Assembly (NCBI GenBank): GCA_016705245.1
Contig: JADIYM010000003.1
Coordinates: forward strand, 420,148 to 484,147
Origin: Blastocatellia bacterium
GTDB taxonomy: Bacteria; Acidobacteriota; Blastocatellia; UBA7656; JADIYM01
Length of the DNA: 64,000 bases
Direction: 5' to 3'
Part shown: positions 30,302-41,709 of the stretch, piece after piece
Numbering within the stretch: the stretch's first letter is position 1
Layout of the letters: each line of letters begins with the position of its first letter
Notes under the pieces: generated by a model
Seen by the model: only the letters and a program-made list of their open reading frames with translations
Told to the model about the DNA's origin: nothing
The model's database searches: none
Made by a program: the position numbers and the translations under genes

Positions 30302-30543
30302 TCGTGAATCTCCACTCGATAGTCTTCGATGACGGGATTCGACAGGATCTCGCGCGCTATGCGATCGAGCTCGGCGAGCGCCGCCGCCGGCGCGAGTGAC
30401 TCGGCCACTTCGATCTCGAAGTACTTGCCCTGCCGCACCGCGGCGATCGCGTTCGAACCGTTCGTCTCGATCGCGTGATGGATGGCCTTGCCCTGCGGGT
30501 CCAGCACCCCGCGCTTCAACGTCACATAGACTTCGGCTTTCAT
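30298..30543 (-). CDS. purS: phosphoribosylformylglycinamidine synthase subunit PurS
   Basis: 81 aa, [21 protein letters not shown]...; ATGA overlap with purQ. Confidence 0.85.
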   Translation of the reverse strand: MKAEVYVTLKRGVLDPQGKAIHHAIETNGSNAIAAVRQGKYFEIEVAESLAPAAALAELDRIAREILSNPVIEDYRVEIHE

Positions 30544-30558
30544 AGACCTCTCGTTGGC

Positions 30559-31881
30559 TCAGGCCGTCGCCGGACCAAGCACTCGCTCAAAGATTCGATC
30601 CACGTTTCGGAGTTGCGTCCCCAGGTCGAAGACGCGTTCGAGTTCCCCGACCGACATGTGTGCCCCGATTGCCGGGTCCTCGAGCACAAGCTCTCGGAAC
30701 TCACGGTCCTCGTCCCACACTCGCATCGCCTGCGGCTGCACCAGGGCGTAGGCATCCTCGCGGCTCACACCCTTTCGCGTGAGCTCGAGCAGAACCTGTC
30801 CGCTGAAGATCACGCCCCGAAGCGCGTTCAGGTTCTCGCGCATGCGCTCCGGGAACACCACGAGTCCATCGACGAGCCACGTCGTCTTTGCCAGCAGATA
30901 GTCGGTCAGGATGCACGAGTCCGGCAGGATGACGCGCTCCACCGACGAATGCGAAATGTCGCGCTCGTGCCAGAGCGCGTTGTTCTCGATCGCCGGCACG
31001 ACGTTGCCGCGGACGACGCGGGCGAGTCCGCAGATCTGTTCGCAGACGACCGGGTTGCGCTTGTGCGGCATTGCAGACGAGCCCTTCTGTCCCTTGCCAA
31101 ACGGCTCCTGCGCCTCGCGCACCTCGGTCCGCTGCAGGTGCCGCACCTCGAGCGCGATCTTCTCGAGCGTCGAACAGAGCACGGCGAGCGCGGAAACGAA
31201 CTCGGCATACCGATCGCGCTGCACGACCTGCGTCGAAATCGGCGCGAAGCCCAGGCCGAGCCGCTGGCAGACACGCTCCTCCACCTCGGGGTCGAGATGG
31301 GCGAAAGTGCCGACCGCGCCGCTGATCTTCCCGACGCTGACAGCCGCAACCGCGCGGCCGAGGCGCTCGATAGCCCGCTCGACCTCCGCGTAATAGAGAA
31401 GCAGCACGAGGCCGAACGTCGTCGGCTCGGCGTGCACGCCGTGCGTGCGCCCGATCATTGCGGTGTCCTTGTGTTCCACCGCCCGGCGCCGCAGCGCATC
31501 GGCAAGTTCCCGGCACCGTGCGAGCAGGCGCTCGCCCGATGCCTTGAGCAGGAGTCCGTTTGCCGTGTCGACGACGTCCGACGAAGTCAGGCCGTAGTGC
31601 ACGAACCGCGCCGACTCGCCGACGCGCTCGGCGACGGCCGTCGTGAAGGCGATGACGTCGTGTCGCGTCACGCGCTCGATCTCGTTCACGCGAGCGACGA
31701 AGGCCTCGTCGACCGGTGACGCGGACGTCCGTTCGCGAATCGTAGCCGCGTCGGACGCCGGGATCGTCCCCATTTCGGCGTGCACGTCGCAGACCGCGAC
31801 TTCGACGTCGAGCCACGCCTGAAAGCGCGCGACGTCGGACCAGATGGCGCCCATTTCGGGCAGTGTGTAGCGTTCGATCAT
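30559..31881 (-). CDS. purB: adenylosuccinate lyase
   Basis: 440 aa; fumarate-lyase signature [10 protein letters not shown]; N-terminal [16 protein letters not shown] typical PurB. Confidence 0.9.
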   Translation of the reverse strand: MIERYTLPEMGAIWSDVARFQAWLDVEVAVCDVHAEMGTIPASDAATIRERTSASPVDEAFVARVNEIERVTRHDVIAFTTAVAERVGESARFVHYGLTSSDVVDTANGLLLKASGERLLARCRELADALRRRAVEHKDTAMIGRTHGVHAEPTTFGLVLLLYYAEVERAIERLGRAVAAVSVGKISGAVGTFAHLDPEVEERVCQRLGLGFAPISTQVVQRDRYAEFVSALAVLCSTLEKIALEVRHLQRTEVREAQEPFGKGQKGSSAMPHKRNPVVCEQICGLARVVRGNVVPAIENNALWHERDISHSSVERVILPDSCILTDYLLAKTTWLVDGLVVFPERMRENLNALRGVIFSGQVLLELTRKGVSREDAYALVQPQAMRVWDEDREFRELVLEDPAIGAHMSVGELERVFDLGTQLRNVDRIFERVLGPATA

Positions 31882-31912
31882 CTCGTTACGGTTCGGCGCG
31901 ACTCGGCGCCCG

Positions 31913-32707
31913 TTACAGGTTCATCCACGGACTCAGTCCGTCCGGATCGGCGATGCCCACGCGCCGCTCGGCGTCGAACGAAAAGAGTGGCCCGCGCTGG
32001 TCGAGCGCCTGCAGCGCCGCGAGCCTTGCGACCTCAGGGTGGTTCGTGTTCTTCGACAGGTGGGCGAGCACGACGTGCCGGGCCCGGCCGTCGAATTCTT
32101 CCGCGAGAAACGTGGCCACGTGGTCGTTCGAGAGGTGGCCGTGCTTCGAGAGTACGCGCTGCTTGAGCGACCAAGGGTAATGCGGACAGATCTTCAGCAT
32201 CTCGACGTCGTGGTTCGACTCGAGAATGAGCACGTCGGCGCCCCGCACACGGTCGCACACTAGCTGCGTGATGTATCCGAGATCCGTCACGAGCGCGACC
32301 TTCGTTCCGTTCGCCTCAATCGTGATGGCGAAGGAATCGACCGCATCGTGCGGCACCGTGAACGGATGGAAGTCGATCGCGCCGATCTGGAACGACTCGC
32401 TCGATCGGACTTCGGCAAACCGCATCTTCGACTCGAATCGGCCGAACTGGCATGCTTCGCGCGTTGCCGCGGTCGTGTATACCGGCACATCATGGCTGCG
32501 GGCAAAAACGGACACCCCGCGTGCGTGATCGCCGTGCTCGTGGGTCACGATGATGCCGTCGATCGACGACGGGTCGATTCCCGCTTCGGTCAGCCTCCGG
32601 GCCGTCTCGCGCGCCGACAGTCCCACATCCACCAGCACGCGAGTGTCTCCGGACTCGATGTAGAGCACGTTGCCCGAACTCCCCGACCCGATGATCCGGA
32701 CGCGCAT
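31913..32707 (-). CDS. MBL-fold metallo-hydrolase (YycJ-like)
   Basis: HEHGDH metal-binding motif, MRVRIIGSGSSGN N-terminus. Confidence 0.8.
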   Translation of the reverse strand: MRVRIIGSGSSGNVLYIESGDTRVLVDVGLSARETARRLTEAGIDPSSIDGIIVTHEHGDHARGVSVFARSHDVPVYTTAATREACQFGRFESKMRFAEVRSSESFQIGAIDFHPFTVPHDAVDSFAITIEANGTKVALVTDLGYITQLVCDRVRGADVLILESNHDVEMLKICPHYPWSLKQRVLSKHGHLSNDHVATFLAEEFDGRARHVVLAHLSKNTNHPEVARLAALQALDQRGPLFSFDAERRVGIADPDGLSPWMNL

Positions 32708-32715
32708 CTCGCTCC

Positions 32716-33975
32716 TCAGCAGGCGAGCATCTGGCGGTCGAGGTCGATGCCCTCGATGTCGCCCAATGCGGCCAACGCAAAGGCGTCGGCGTGGAAGATG
32801 TCGTTAGCCACGCGCGTGACGTCGTCGCACGTGACCGCATCGATGGCCTTCAGGACCTCGTCGACTGGAATCTGCCGGCCAAAGACCATCTCGTGACGCG
32901 CCAGCCGCGACATTCGATTGAACGTCGACTCGAGCGACAGAACCGTCGCAACCTTGTATTGCTCCTTTGCGAACCGGAGCTCATCCTCGGTGGGGCCGTC
33001 GCGCTTGATGGCGCCGACCTCCTCCATGATTAGCTCAACTACCTCCGGCAGGTTCTCGGGAGAAGCTCCAGCGCCGATGGCGTGAACGCCAGTATCCAGA
33101 AACGCATCGACCGACGAGTAGATTCCGTACACGAGCCCGCGCTCCTCGCGAATGCGCTGGAAGAGCCGCGAGCTCATGCCATCGCCGAGAATCGCGCTCA
33201 TCAGATTCGCCGCGTAGCGGTCCGGCGAGGTCACGACCGGACACGGCGTGCCGAGGACGAGGTGCGCCTGCTCGAGCTCAGGCTTCGAGCGAAGGACGAA
33301 AGCCGGCGCCGTCCGCGGCGCGGTCAGGTCGGCCGCGACCTGATGCTGCGCGAGCCGTCCGAGTGCCGGGGCGAACGCAGCCACCACCGCCTCGTGATCG
33401 AGGTTGCCGGCAGCTGCGACGATCATTCCGTCCGCGCGGTAGCGGCCGGCGTGATAGTCGACGAGGTCGTCGCGCCGCAGGCTCGCGACCGTGTCGAGTG
33501 TGCCCGCGACGGGCCGTCCGAAAGCGTGGTCCGGCCAGAAGTGCTCGGCGAAGATGTCGTGCATGAGCTCGTCCGGCGTGTCCTCGACCATCTTGATCTC
33601 TTCGAGGATGACCTGACGCTCACGCTCGATCTCGTCGACGAGAAACGCGGGGTCGGTCAGCATGTCGGCGATGAGGTCGATTGCCTGTCCGAGTTGCTCA
33701 TCGAGCACGCGCGTATAGACGCACGTCGTTTCCTGACCGGTCGAGGCGTTGAGGTTGCCGCCCTGGCGATCGCCTTCGATTGCGATCTCCTTGGCCGTCC
33801 GGCGCGATGTCCCTTTGAAGATCGCGTGTTCGATGAAGTGCGAGATGCCGTTCAGAGCCGCGGGCTCGTGGCGCGAACCGGTCTCGATCCACACGCCGAC
33901 ACTCGCGGACCGGACGTGCGGCATTCGTTCGGTGACGATGCGGACTCCGTTGTCGAGGCGAGTTGCTTGGATCAT
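32716..33975 (-). CDS. M16 family zinc peptidase (insulinase/pitrilysin-like)
   Basis: Inverted zinc motif HFIEHAIFKGT (HxxEH) plus downstream E; 419 aa. Confidence 0.85.
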   Translation of the reverse strand: MIQATRLDNGVRIVTERMPHVRSASVGVWIETGSRHEPAALNGISHFIEHAIFKGTSRRTAKEIAIEGDRQGGNLNASTGQETTCVYTRVLDEQLGQAIDLIADMLTDPAFLVDEIERERQVILEEIKMVEDTPDELMHDIFAEHFWPDHAFGRPVAGTLDTVASLRRDDLVDYHAGRYRADGMIVAAAGNLDHEAVVAAFAPALGRLAQHQVAADLTAPRTAPAFVLRSKPELEQAHLVLGTPCPVVTSPDRYAANLMSAILGDGMSSRLFQRIREERGLVYGIYSSVDAFLDTGVHAIGAGASPENLPEVVELIMEEVGAIKRDGPTEDELRFAKEQYKVATVLSLESTFNRMSRLARHEMVFGRQIPVDEVLKAIDAVTCDDVTRVANDIFHADAFALAALGDIEGIDLDRQMLAC

Positions 33976-34077
33976 GTTACGAACAACTCAGCGCACCGTT
34001 CGGCGCCGAACTGGTGACCGTAGCACGCGCCGTCAGCGCCCGACAAGCCTTCTGGGCTCCCGGTAGTGGGTCAGTCT

Positions 34078-34172
34078 GACTTCGTCTCGCGTCGACTCGG
34101 TCCTTTGCGAGAAACTCTTCGAGCCGTCGAAGAAGTTCTCGCAAAGGCGCAGAGGAAGACGCAAAGACGCAA
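34078..34172. repeat. Family-A palindromic repeat, degraded copy A4
   Basis: TTTGCGAGAAACTCTTCGA...TCGAAGAAGTTCTCGCAAAGGCGCAGAGGAAGACGCAAAGACGCAAG; outer left arm diverged. Confidence 0.7.
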
Positions 34173-34245
34173 GGTAAGCAGTGAGCCTGCACCATGTTCA
34201 GGATGCGAGTTGGACCGTCTTGACTCGGGCCGGTATTCTCCGACG

Positions 34246-35097
34246 ATGGGAAGCGAGGAAGAGGATCGGATTGCGAACGCGTGGGGCTCCTCGGCCCCGT
34301 ACTGGGAGAAATACCGCGATCGGTTGCGCCAGATGTACGCGCCGCTCACCGATGCGCTTCTCGAGGCGGCATCGATCGCGCCGGGCCAGAGAGTGCTCGA
34401 CGTCGCTGGCGGGGCTGGCGAGCCATCACTCGCCATTGCGGATCGCGTCGGCTCGGATGGGTGCGTCGTCACCACCGACGTTGCCGGAGCGATGGTCGCC
34501 GCCACGGGTCGTGAAGCACAGCGTGCCGGGATCGCGAATCTTCGGTGCGCGGTGTGTTCGGCGCTCGCGCTGCCGTTTCGTGACGGCTCGTTCGACCGGA
34601 GCGTCTGTCGACTTGGAGCGATGTTTTTTCGTGACATCCTGTCGGCCGCTGGCGAAATGTCGCGCGTCACGCGACCGGGTGGTCGTGTGGCTTATGTCGT
34701 CTGGAGCGGGCCGGATCGCACCCCGTTCATCAGCGTCGCGACGGAGGTCCTCGCGCGATTCGTCGCTCCCGATCCCGAACCGCCGGATGCGCTCAATGCC
34801 TGGCGATTCGCGGAGCGCGGCGTCCTCGCGGGCCACCTGCGTGATGCCGGACTCGTCGACGTCTCCGAGACGCCGCTGGCATTCGACATCGCGCTCCCCA
34901 TCGACTTCGACGCATTCTGGAAAATGCGCATCGAGCTGTCCGATACACTTCGCGAGAAGGTGGGTCGACTCGACGAAGCCGTCGCCGCGTCGCTCGACGA
35001 TGCCGTCCGGGAGGCGACGCGATCGTTTTTCCGTTCGGGTACCATGCGCTTTCCCTCCGAGGCGCTCGTCGTCGCGGGATCAACGGCCTCGCACTGA
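34246..35097 (+). CDS. class I SAM-dependent methyltransferase
   Basis: Motif I VLDVAGGAGEPSLAIA; the ORF-table start 34066 lies inside repeat A4, so the internal ATG at 34246 (MGSEEEDRI) is preferred. Confidence 0.7.
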   Translation: MGSEEEDRIANAWGSSAPYWEKYRDRLRQMYAPLTDALLEAASIAPGQRVLDVAGGAGEPSLAIADRVGSDGCVVTTDVAGAMVAATGREAQRAGIANLRCAVCSALALPFRDGSFDRSVCRLGAMFFRDILSAAGEMSRVTRPGGRVAYVVWSGPDRTPFISVATEVLARFVAPDPEPPDALNAWRFAERGVLAGHLRDAGLVDVSETPLAFDIALPIDFDAFWKMRIELSDTLREKVGRLDEAVAASLDDAVREATRSFFRSGTMRFPSEALVVAGSTASH

Positions 35098-35126
35098 CTT
35101 CAACAACAACTCAGGAGACTTCTCGA

Positions 35127-36047
35127 ATGGCAGAGCTGCTCGATGGAAAGCGCATCGCGGACGAGATCCTCAGCGAAGTCCGGAACGACGTTATCGGCAC
35201 GGATGACGCGGGGAGGCGGCCGCCTGGACTTGCCGTCGTACTCGTCGGCGGCGACCCGGCGTCGATTGTCTACGTCGGACTCAAGGTGAAGAAGTGCGCC
35301 GAGCTCGGATTCCACTCGGAGCGGCACAACCTGCCCGAATCCACGACGACGGCCGAGCTCCTCGCGCTCATAGCGAAACTCAACGCCGATCACGCCATCG
35401 ACGGCATCCTCGTCCAGCTCCCGCTCCCGAAGCACATCGCCGAGCAGGAAGTCCTAGACGCGATCGAACCGCATAAGGACGTAGACGGCTTTCATCCGAT
35501 CAATGTCGGTCTGCTCTACCTCGGCCAGGAGAAGCGGGCGTTGACGCCGTGCACACCCAGCGGAGTGATCGAATTGCTCGAGCGTTCGAACATCCCGATT
35601 TCGGGCACGCGCACCGTCGTGATCGGCCGCTCGACGATCGTCGGCAAGCCGATGGCGGCGCTGCTGATCAATCGCAGTGCCACCGTCACCGTCTGCCACT
35701 CGCGCACGGTGGACCTTCCGGCGGTATGTCGAGAGGCCGACCTCCTGATCGCGGCGATCGGGAAGCCCGGCTACGTCACCGATGAATTCATCAAGCCAGG
35801 AGCGACGGTCATCGACGTCGGCATCAATCCCGTCACGGATCCCGCGATGGCGCGCGAGTTCTTCGGCGACGACGAAAAGCGCTTCGCGGCCATCGCGAAT
35901 CGCGGACAGACGCTCGTTGGCGACGTTCACCCGCGGCTCGCCGCGACCGTTGCCGGACGGATCACACCCGTCCCCGGCGGCGTTGGTCCGCTCACGATCG
36001 CGATGTTGCTCAAGAACACCCTGAAGGCCTATCGGCTCGCGATGTGA
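35127..36047 (+). CDS. folD: bifunctional methylenetetrahydrofolate dehydrogenase / methenyltetrahydrofolate cyclohydrolase
   Basis: LDGKRIADEI...VVLVGGDPASIVYV...DGFHPINVG...PGGVGP typical FolD. Confidence 0.9.
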   Translation: MAELLDGKRIADEILSEVRNDVIGTDDAGRRPPGLAVVLVGGDPASIVYVGLKVKKCAELGFHSERHNLPESTTTAELLALIAKLNADHAIDGILVQLPLPKHIAEQEVLDAIEPHKDVDGFHPINVGLLYLGQEKRALTPCTPSGVIELLERSNIPISGTRTVVIGRSTIVGKPMAALLINRSATVTVCHSRTVDLPAVCREADLLIAAIGKPGYVTDEFIKPGATVIDVGINPVTDPAMAREFFGDDEKRFAAIANRGQTLVGDVHPRLAATVAGRITPVPGGVGPLTIAMLLKNTLKAYRLAM

Positions 36048-36072
36048 CAATGCCATCCCGGAACCTGACGAA

Positions 36073-36687
36073 ATGCTGACGGTTGGACTGACAGGCGGCA
36101 TAGCAGTGGGAAAGAGCACGGTGATGCAGACGTTCGCCGAACTCGGCGCGGTGTGCTTCGACGCCGATGCGATTGCAAGGTCGGTTGTCGAACCAGGTCG
36201 GCCCGCGCTCGCGGCCGTCGTCGAGGCGTTCGGGAGTCGCGTCCTTTCGCCGGACGGCTCGCTTGATCGAGCCTCGCTCGGCGAGATCGTCTTCGGCAGT
36301 CCCGAGCGTCGGCGCGAGCTCGAGGCGATTCTGCATCCACCAATCATCGCCGAGCAGGACCGGTTGATTGCGGAGGTTCGAGCGACAAGGCCGGATGCCA
36401 TCGTCATCGTCGACGCCGCGCTCATGATCGAGTCCGGGGGCTACAGGCGTTTCGACGTCCTGGTCGTCGTGCACTGCGCGCCGGAAGTTCAGCGCCAGCG
36501 CCTGATGGCGCGCAATGGCATAACCTCTGAAGAAGCGGATCGACGGATAGCTGTGCAGATGCCTCAAGAGGAGAAGCTCAAATACGCCTCGGTCTCTATC
36601 GACACAACCGGGACCCTCGACGACACCCGACGCCGCACCGAGGCCGCTTGGGAAGAGCTCTGCCTCCTGTCGCGCGAGCGCCAGTAA
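36073..36687 (+). CDS. coaE: dephospho-CoA kinase
   Basis: P-loop LTGGIAVGKST; 204 aa; CoaE-like throughout. Confidence 0.85.
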   Translation: MLTVGLTGGIAVGKSTVMQTFAELGAVCFDADAIARSVVEPGRPALAAVVEAFGSRVLSPDGSLDRASLGEIVFGSPERRRELEAILHPPIIAEQDRLIAEVRATRPDAIVIVDAALMIESGGYRRFDVLVVVHCAPEVQRQRLMARNGITSEEADRRIAVQMPQEEKLKYASVSIDTTGTLDDTRRRTEAAWEELCLLSRERQ

Positions 36688-36756
36688 GCGGTACAGACGC
36701 GACCTGCGCGCTGAACTAAACCGCTGCACGGTAGGTAGCGGGCGGCGGGGAACGGT

Positions 36757-37060
36757 CCGATCACTTCAGTGCGGCCAACGACGAGTCCGCGGTTTCAGCC
36801 ACCGTCCGTGGGACGCTCGCTACCGCTCGCGGCTCGACAAACGGGGACGGGAACGGCGGGCGGCCCCCGTTTTTTGAGCCGCGAGCGGTAGCGAGCGTCC
36901 CACGGACGGTCGACCGGTTCCGATCACTTCTGTCCTTCCGCAACGACGAGTCTGCGAGTTCACGCACCGTCCGTGGGACGCTCGCTACCGCTCGCGGCTC
37001 GAGAAACGGGGACGGGGGCGGGGACGGGGGCGGACGGAGCGTCCTGCCCCCCGCCAGTGG
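36757..37060. repeat. Complex repeat cluster (family D): two direct ~100-bp copies and an inverted partial copy forming a ~35-bp-stem hairpin with a nested GC hairpin
   Basis: ACCGTCCGTGGGACGCTCGCTACCGCTCGCGGCTCGA(C/G)AAACGGGGACGGG at 36800 and 36966; reverse complement at 36867-36912; CCGATCACTTC...CAACGACGAGTC also duplicated (36757/36917). Confidence 0.75.
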
Positions 37061-37177
37061 CAGCCGGCATGAACTGAATGCAACCCGCTCGACATAGCCA
37101 CGGCGCAATCCCGCTGCATCCTGCTCGTGAAACCGCTATGGTAGACCTACGTAACAATCTCTGACCTTCGGCCCCTC

Positions 37178-38170
37178 ATGAGCACGCAACCGATCAACGA
37201 CAGCAGGGACGTTCTCCTCTCGGTCCGTGGCCTCGAGACCCACTTTTTCACGGAAGAGGGCGTCGTCAAGGCGGTCAACGACGTGAGTTTCGACGTGCGA
37301 CGCGGCGAGACGCTCGGCATCGTGGGCGAATCCGGGTCCGGCAAGTCAGTCACGAACCTCTCGATCATGCGGCTCATTCCGGATCCGCCCGGCCGGATCG
37401 TCGGCGGCCAGATACTCTTCGACGGCCGCGACCTGCGCACGATCACGGACGAACAGATGCGCCACGTTCGCGGCAAGCGCATTGCGATGATTTTCCAGGA
37501 TCCGATGACGAGCCTGAACCCGTTCATGCGGATCGGAGCGCAGCTCGAGGAACTGACTAAACTCCACCTAGGCCTCCGATCGGCGGCTGCACGCGCGCAC
37601 GCGATCTCGATGCTCGAGGTGGTCGGCATTCCCGACCCGGCCGCGCGAATCGACGACTACCCCCACCAGTTCTCGGGTGGCATGCGCCAGCGGGTCATGA
37701 TCGCGATGGCGCTATCCTGCAAACCCGAGCTTCTCATCGCCGACGAACCGACGACCGCGCTCGACGTGACGATCCAGGCGCAGATTCTCGAGCTCATCCG
37801 CGAGCTCAAGGACGAGACCGGGACGTCGGTCATTCTCATCACGCACGACCTCGGCGTCGTCGCCGGAATGACGGACAAGATCATCGTGATGTACGGCGGC
37901 TCGATCATGGAGGCGGCGACGACCGAGGATCTCTTCGAGACTCCGAGCAACCCGTACACGCGCGCACTGCTCAAGTCCGTGCCGGATCCGCTTCACGAGC
38001 AGCATCGGCTATTTCAGATACCGGGCATGCCTCCGGATATGTCGCAACTCTCGCCGACGCAATGCCCGTTCGCCGAAAGGTGTCCCGAGGCGGTCGACGC
38101 GTGCCGCGAGGGGTTTCCACCGGTTCACGAAGTTGGACCGGACCACATCTCGCGCTGCTGGATTCGCTGA
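37178..38170 (+). CDS. oligopeptide/dipeptide ABC transporter ATP-binding protein (DppD/OppD-like)
   Basis: Walker A GESGSGKS, signature FSGGMRQR, Walker [10 protein letters not shown]-terminal oligopeptide-transporter domain NPYTRALL...CPFAERCP. Confidence 0.85.
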   Translation: MSTQPINDSRDVLLSVRGLETHFFTEEGVVKAVNDVSFDVRRGETLGIVGESGSGKSVTNLSIMRLIPDPPGRIVGGQILFDGRDLRTITDEQMRHVRGKRIAMIFQDPMTSLNPFMRIGAQLEELTKLHLGLRSAAARAHAISMLEVVGIPDPAARIDDYPHQFSGGMRQRVMIAMALSCKPELLIADEPTTALDVTIQAQILELIRELKDETGTSVILITHDLGVVAGMTDKIIVMYGGSIMEAATTEDLFETPSNPYTRALLKSVPDPLHEQHRLFQIPGMPPDMSQLSPTQCPFAERCPEAVDACREGFPPVHEVGPDHISRCWIR

Positions 38171-38176
38171 GCACCA

Positions 38177-39267
38177 ATGACCGAGCCGCTCATCACGATC
38201 GACGACCTAAAGGTCCACTTCGACCTCTCGCACCGCGGCCTGATTGCCCGGGCGACAGGACGGGCAAAGGAGAAAATCGTGAAGGCCGTCGACGGCATCT
38301 CGCTCGAGATCCGCCGCGGCGAAACGCTCGGACTCGTCGGCGAGTCCGGCTGCGGCAAGTCGACCACTGGCCGCGCCATCCTCCAGCTGGTCCGCCCGAC
38401 GTCGGGACGGGTCATGTTCGCCGGCAGGAACCTTTCGGAAGTGAAGGACGGCGACATGAAGCCGTACCGGCGGCGCCTCCAGATGATCTTCCAGAATCCG
38501 TACGCATCGCTGAATCCGCGTATGACGGTCGGATCGATCATTGCCGAGCCCATCCGCAACTTCCGGATCAACCTCGGGGAGTCACAATCGGCGGCGCGCA
38601 CACAGGAGCTGATGCGCGTCGTCGGGCTCAACCCGCGATACGTCAAGCGTTATCCGCACGAGTTCTCAGGCGGACAGCGCCAGCGCATCGGCATCGCGCG
38701 CGCGCTCGCGGCCGACCCCGAGTTCATCGTCGCCGACGAGCCGATCTCGGCGCTCGACGTCTCTATTCAGGCGCAGATCATGAACCTGATGGAGGATCTG
38801 CAGGAGCAGTTCGGGCTGACGTACCTGTTCATTTCGCACGACCTGCGGGCCGTTCGACACGTCAGCGACCGCGTCGCCGTGATGTACCTCGGCAAGATCG
38901 CGGAGCTCGCGATCTCGAAGGACATTTACATCCGCCAGATTCACCCGTACACCGGGCGCTCATATCGGCGGTTCCGTCCCCGATCCGAAGGTAGAAGCAG
39001 CGGAAACGCATCGTGCTCCAGGGTGACGTGCCGTCGCCGATCAACCCGCCTCCGGGATGCCACTTCCACACGAGGTGTCCGTACGCGATCGCTGCGTGCG
39101 CGAGGATCGTTCCCGCGCTTCGCGAGATCCAGCCGGAGCACTTCGCGTCGTGCATCCGCGTATCGCCCGAATATCCCGACATCGATGCCGTCGCGAAGAT
39201 GCCGGGTGAGCGGCACTTTGGTGTCGAAGGAGTGGGAGCTTCGCACACAGAGACACGGGGACACTGA
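38177..39267 (+). CDS. oligopeptide/dipeptide ABC transporter ATP-binding protein (DppF/OppF-like), disrupted: frame change near 38953 and in-frame TAG at 38992-38994
   Basis: Intact through Walker [31 protein letters not shown]. Conserved continuation ALISAVPSP...[31 protein letters not shown] lies in the +1 frame, interrupted by a TAG. The last ~15 codons translate repeat B4. Confidence 0.7.
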
Positions 39268-39326
39268 GACACTGAGTCTGCTCATCTCAGTGACTCCGTG
39301 TCACCGAGCCTCTGTGTGCGAAGCTC
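39236..39326. repeat. Family-B palindromic repeat copy B4
   Basis: GAGCTTCGCACACAGAGACACGGGGACACTGAGACACTGAG...CTCAGTGACTCCGTGTCACCGAGCCTCTGTGTGCGAAGCTC. Confidence 0.8.
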
Positions 39327-39336
39327 TGCCTTCCCT

Positions 39337-40700
39337 CTACAACCGCACGACCTTGGCGGCCAGCTCGGGCGTCAGCATGCCCGACGTGATGTTGCGGGTG
39401 TCGACGACGAGTTTCGCCAGTCGCAGGACTTGCGCGTAGTCGACGCCCTCGTGATCGGTCACCACGACGACGCAGTCCGACTGACCGATCGCTTCATCCG
39501 TCAGATCGATGCTCGACATCGTCGAATCCGCCCGGGTCGATCCAGGCGACGGTCCGTGGTCGTCATCGAGCCGCAATGTCGGCACGTGCGGATCGTGGTA
39601 CGACACCGAGGCACCCAGATCCATCAGCTTGTCTATGATCGACAACGCAGGCGATTCGCGCACGTCGTCGATGTCGCGCTTGTACGCCACTCCGAGCACG
39701 AGCACGCGCGAGCCATTCACCGCCTTTCGATGCCGGTTCAACCCTTCGGTGATCAGGTTGATCACGTGCTGGGGCATCCGCGAGTTCACTTCCTCCGCAA
39801 GGCCGATGAACTTTGCCTCGAAGCCGTGCACACGCGCCTTCCACGACAGGTAGTGCGGATCGAGCGGGATGCAGTGGCCGCCGATGCCAGGGTCCCGGAT
39901 AGAAGGCCATGAACCCGAACGGCTTCGTCTTCGCAGCGCCGATGACCTCCCCACGTGTCGATGCCGAGCTGGTAGCACATCTGGGCGATCTCGTTGACGA
40001 GGCCGATGTTCACCGCGCGAAATGTGTTCTCGAGCAGCTTTGCCGCCTCGGCGACCCGCGCTGAAGACACACGGTGGACGGTCTCGACGACCGTGCCGTA
40101 GAGCGCTGCCGCAACCAGCGACGATGGTTCCGAAACGCCGCCGACGACCTTCGTGATGTTGCGCGTCTGAAAAGTCGGGTTCCCTGGATCGACGCGTTCG
40201 GGCGAGAACGCCAGGAAGAAGTCGACGTCGAGCTCGAGTCCCGAGGCCGCGAGGATCGGCAACAGCACTTCGTCCGTCGTGCCGGGGTACGTCGTCGACT
40301 CGAGGACGATGAGCTGTCCGGGTCGCATCGCCGCGCGGATCCGCTCCGCGGCGGAGAGGATATACGAGATATCGGGCTCCTTCGTCTTGTTGAGCGGCGT
40401 CGGTACGCACACGATGATCGCGTCGATCTCCGTGAGTCGCTCGAAGTCGACGGTCGCGCGCAGCCGGCCCAGGTCGACCAGCCTTCGCACTTCGTCGGTC
40501 GGAACGTCCTGAATGTAGCTCGAGCCCGCGTTGATCTCGGCGGCCTTCTCTTCGCTGATCTCGAAGCCCGTCACGTCAAACCCATTCGATGCGAACTCGA
40601 CCGCCAGCGGGAGACCGACATAACCTAGGCCGACGACCCCGACGCGCACCGTCCGCGCCTGGATGCGCTCGACAAACTCCGTGCTTCGCTCCGTACCCAT
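39337..40700 (-). CDS. UDP-glucose/GDP-mannose dehydrogenase family (nucleotide-sugar dehydrogenase), two apparent single-base insertions
   Basis: N-terminus [14 protein letters not shown] (NAD Rossmann). Conserved middle [28 protein letters not shown] is recovered only by removing one G from GGGG (~39916) and one C from CCC (~39889). C-terminal part matches the family. Confidence 0.8.
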
Positions 40701-41709
40701 TCAGTCCCTCGTATGGGCGGCATCGGCCGCCGCGATCAACTCGTCCACCGACAGCGTCGCCGTTCCAACTTTGCCGACCACGACGCCGGCCGCGATGTTC
40801 GAAAGCACAGCCGCTTCGCGCATCGTCGCTCCCGCCGCAAGCGCGAGCGCCAGCGTCGCGATGACCGTGTCGCCCGCGCCCGTCACGTCGTAGACCTCTC
40901 GCGCCATTGTAGGCACGTGAACGGCCGAACCGTCGTCATCCACCAGAGTCATACCCGACTCGCCGCGCGTGATCAGCACTGCCGGGCCGCCGAGCATCTG
41001 CTGCAACCGTTGGCCGCACGCCTCGATCTCGTCGTCAGTGCCCGCCGGAAGTCCGGAGGCGGATTCGGCTTCGTGGTGATTGGGTGTGATGACCGATACC
41101 GGCGTGTATTCGTGGAAGCGGCGAACCTTGGGATCAAGGCAGACCACAACGCCGCGTTGGCGCGCCATTGCGAGCGCTCGCGCGCGCGTCGCCACCAAGC
41201 AGGCCCCTGTCATAATCCGAAACGACGACGGCCGATGCGTCGTCCAATGCGACCGCAAAGGCCTCGAGGAGTGCGTCGGCGATGTCGGCGGAAACCGGAT
41301 GACGCCGTTCGCGGTCGGCGCGAACGACCTGCTGGCTGTGTGCGATGATTCGCGTCTTCGTCGTCGTCGGACGTGTCGCATCGCGGACGACCGTGGTCGT
41401 GTCGACACCGGCCAGGCGGAACTCGGCATCGAGAAGGTCGGCGTTCGCATCGTCGCCAGTCACACCAACGGGCCGCGCGTGGGCGCCGAGCGCGACGACG
41501 TTTGCGACGACATTGCCGGCGCCTCCGAGGTGCTGTGACTCTCGGTCCACTTCGACGACCGGGACTGGCGCTTCGGGCGAGATGCGGCGAACGGCTCCCC
41601 AGATGAACCGGTCGAGCATCAGATCGCCGAGGACGACGATTCGCTGCGCCCCAAATCCATTCGAGATGTCGAGGATCCGGGCCGGATCCAGGTGAAGCGC
41701 TCGCGTCAC
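40701..41709 (-). CDS. D-glycero-beta-D-manno-heptose-7-phosphate kinase (RfaE/HldE domain I, PfkB family), apparent frameshift near 41230
   Basis: N-terminus IVVLGDLMLDRFIWGAVRRISPEAPVPVVEV...HLGGAGNVVANV. C-terminus DVTGAGDTVIATLALALAAG in another frame. GTG start 41709 with GGAGGT upstream; GTGA overlap with GT9 stop. Confidence 0.75.
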
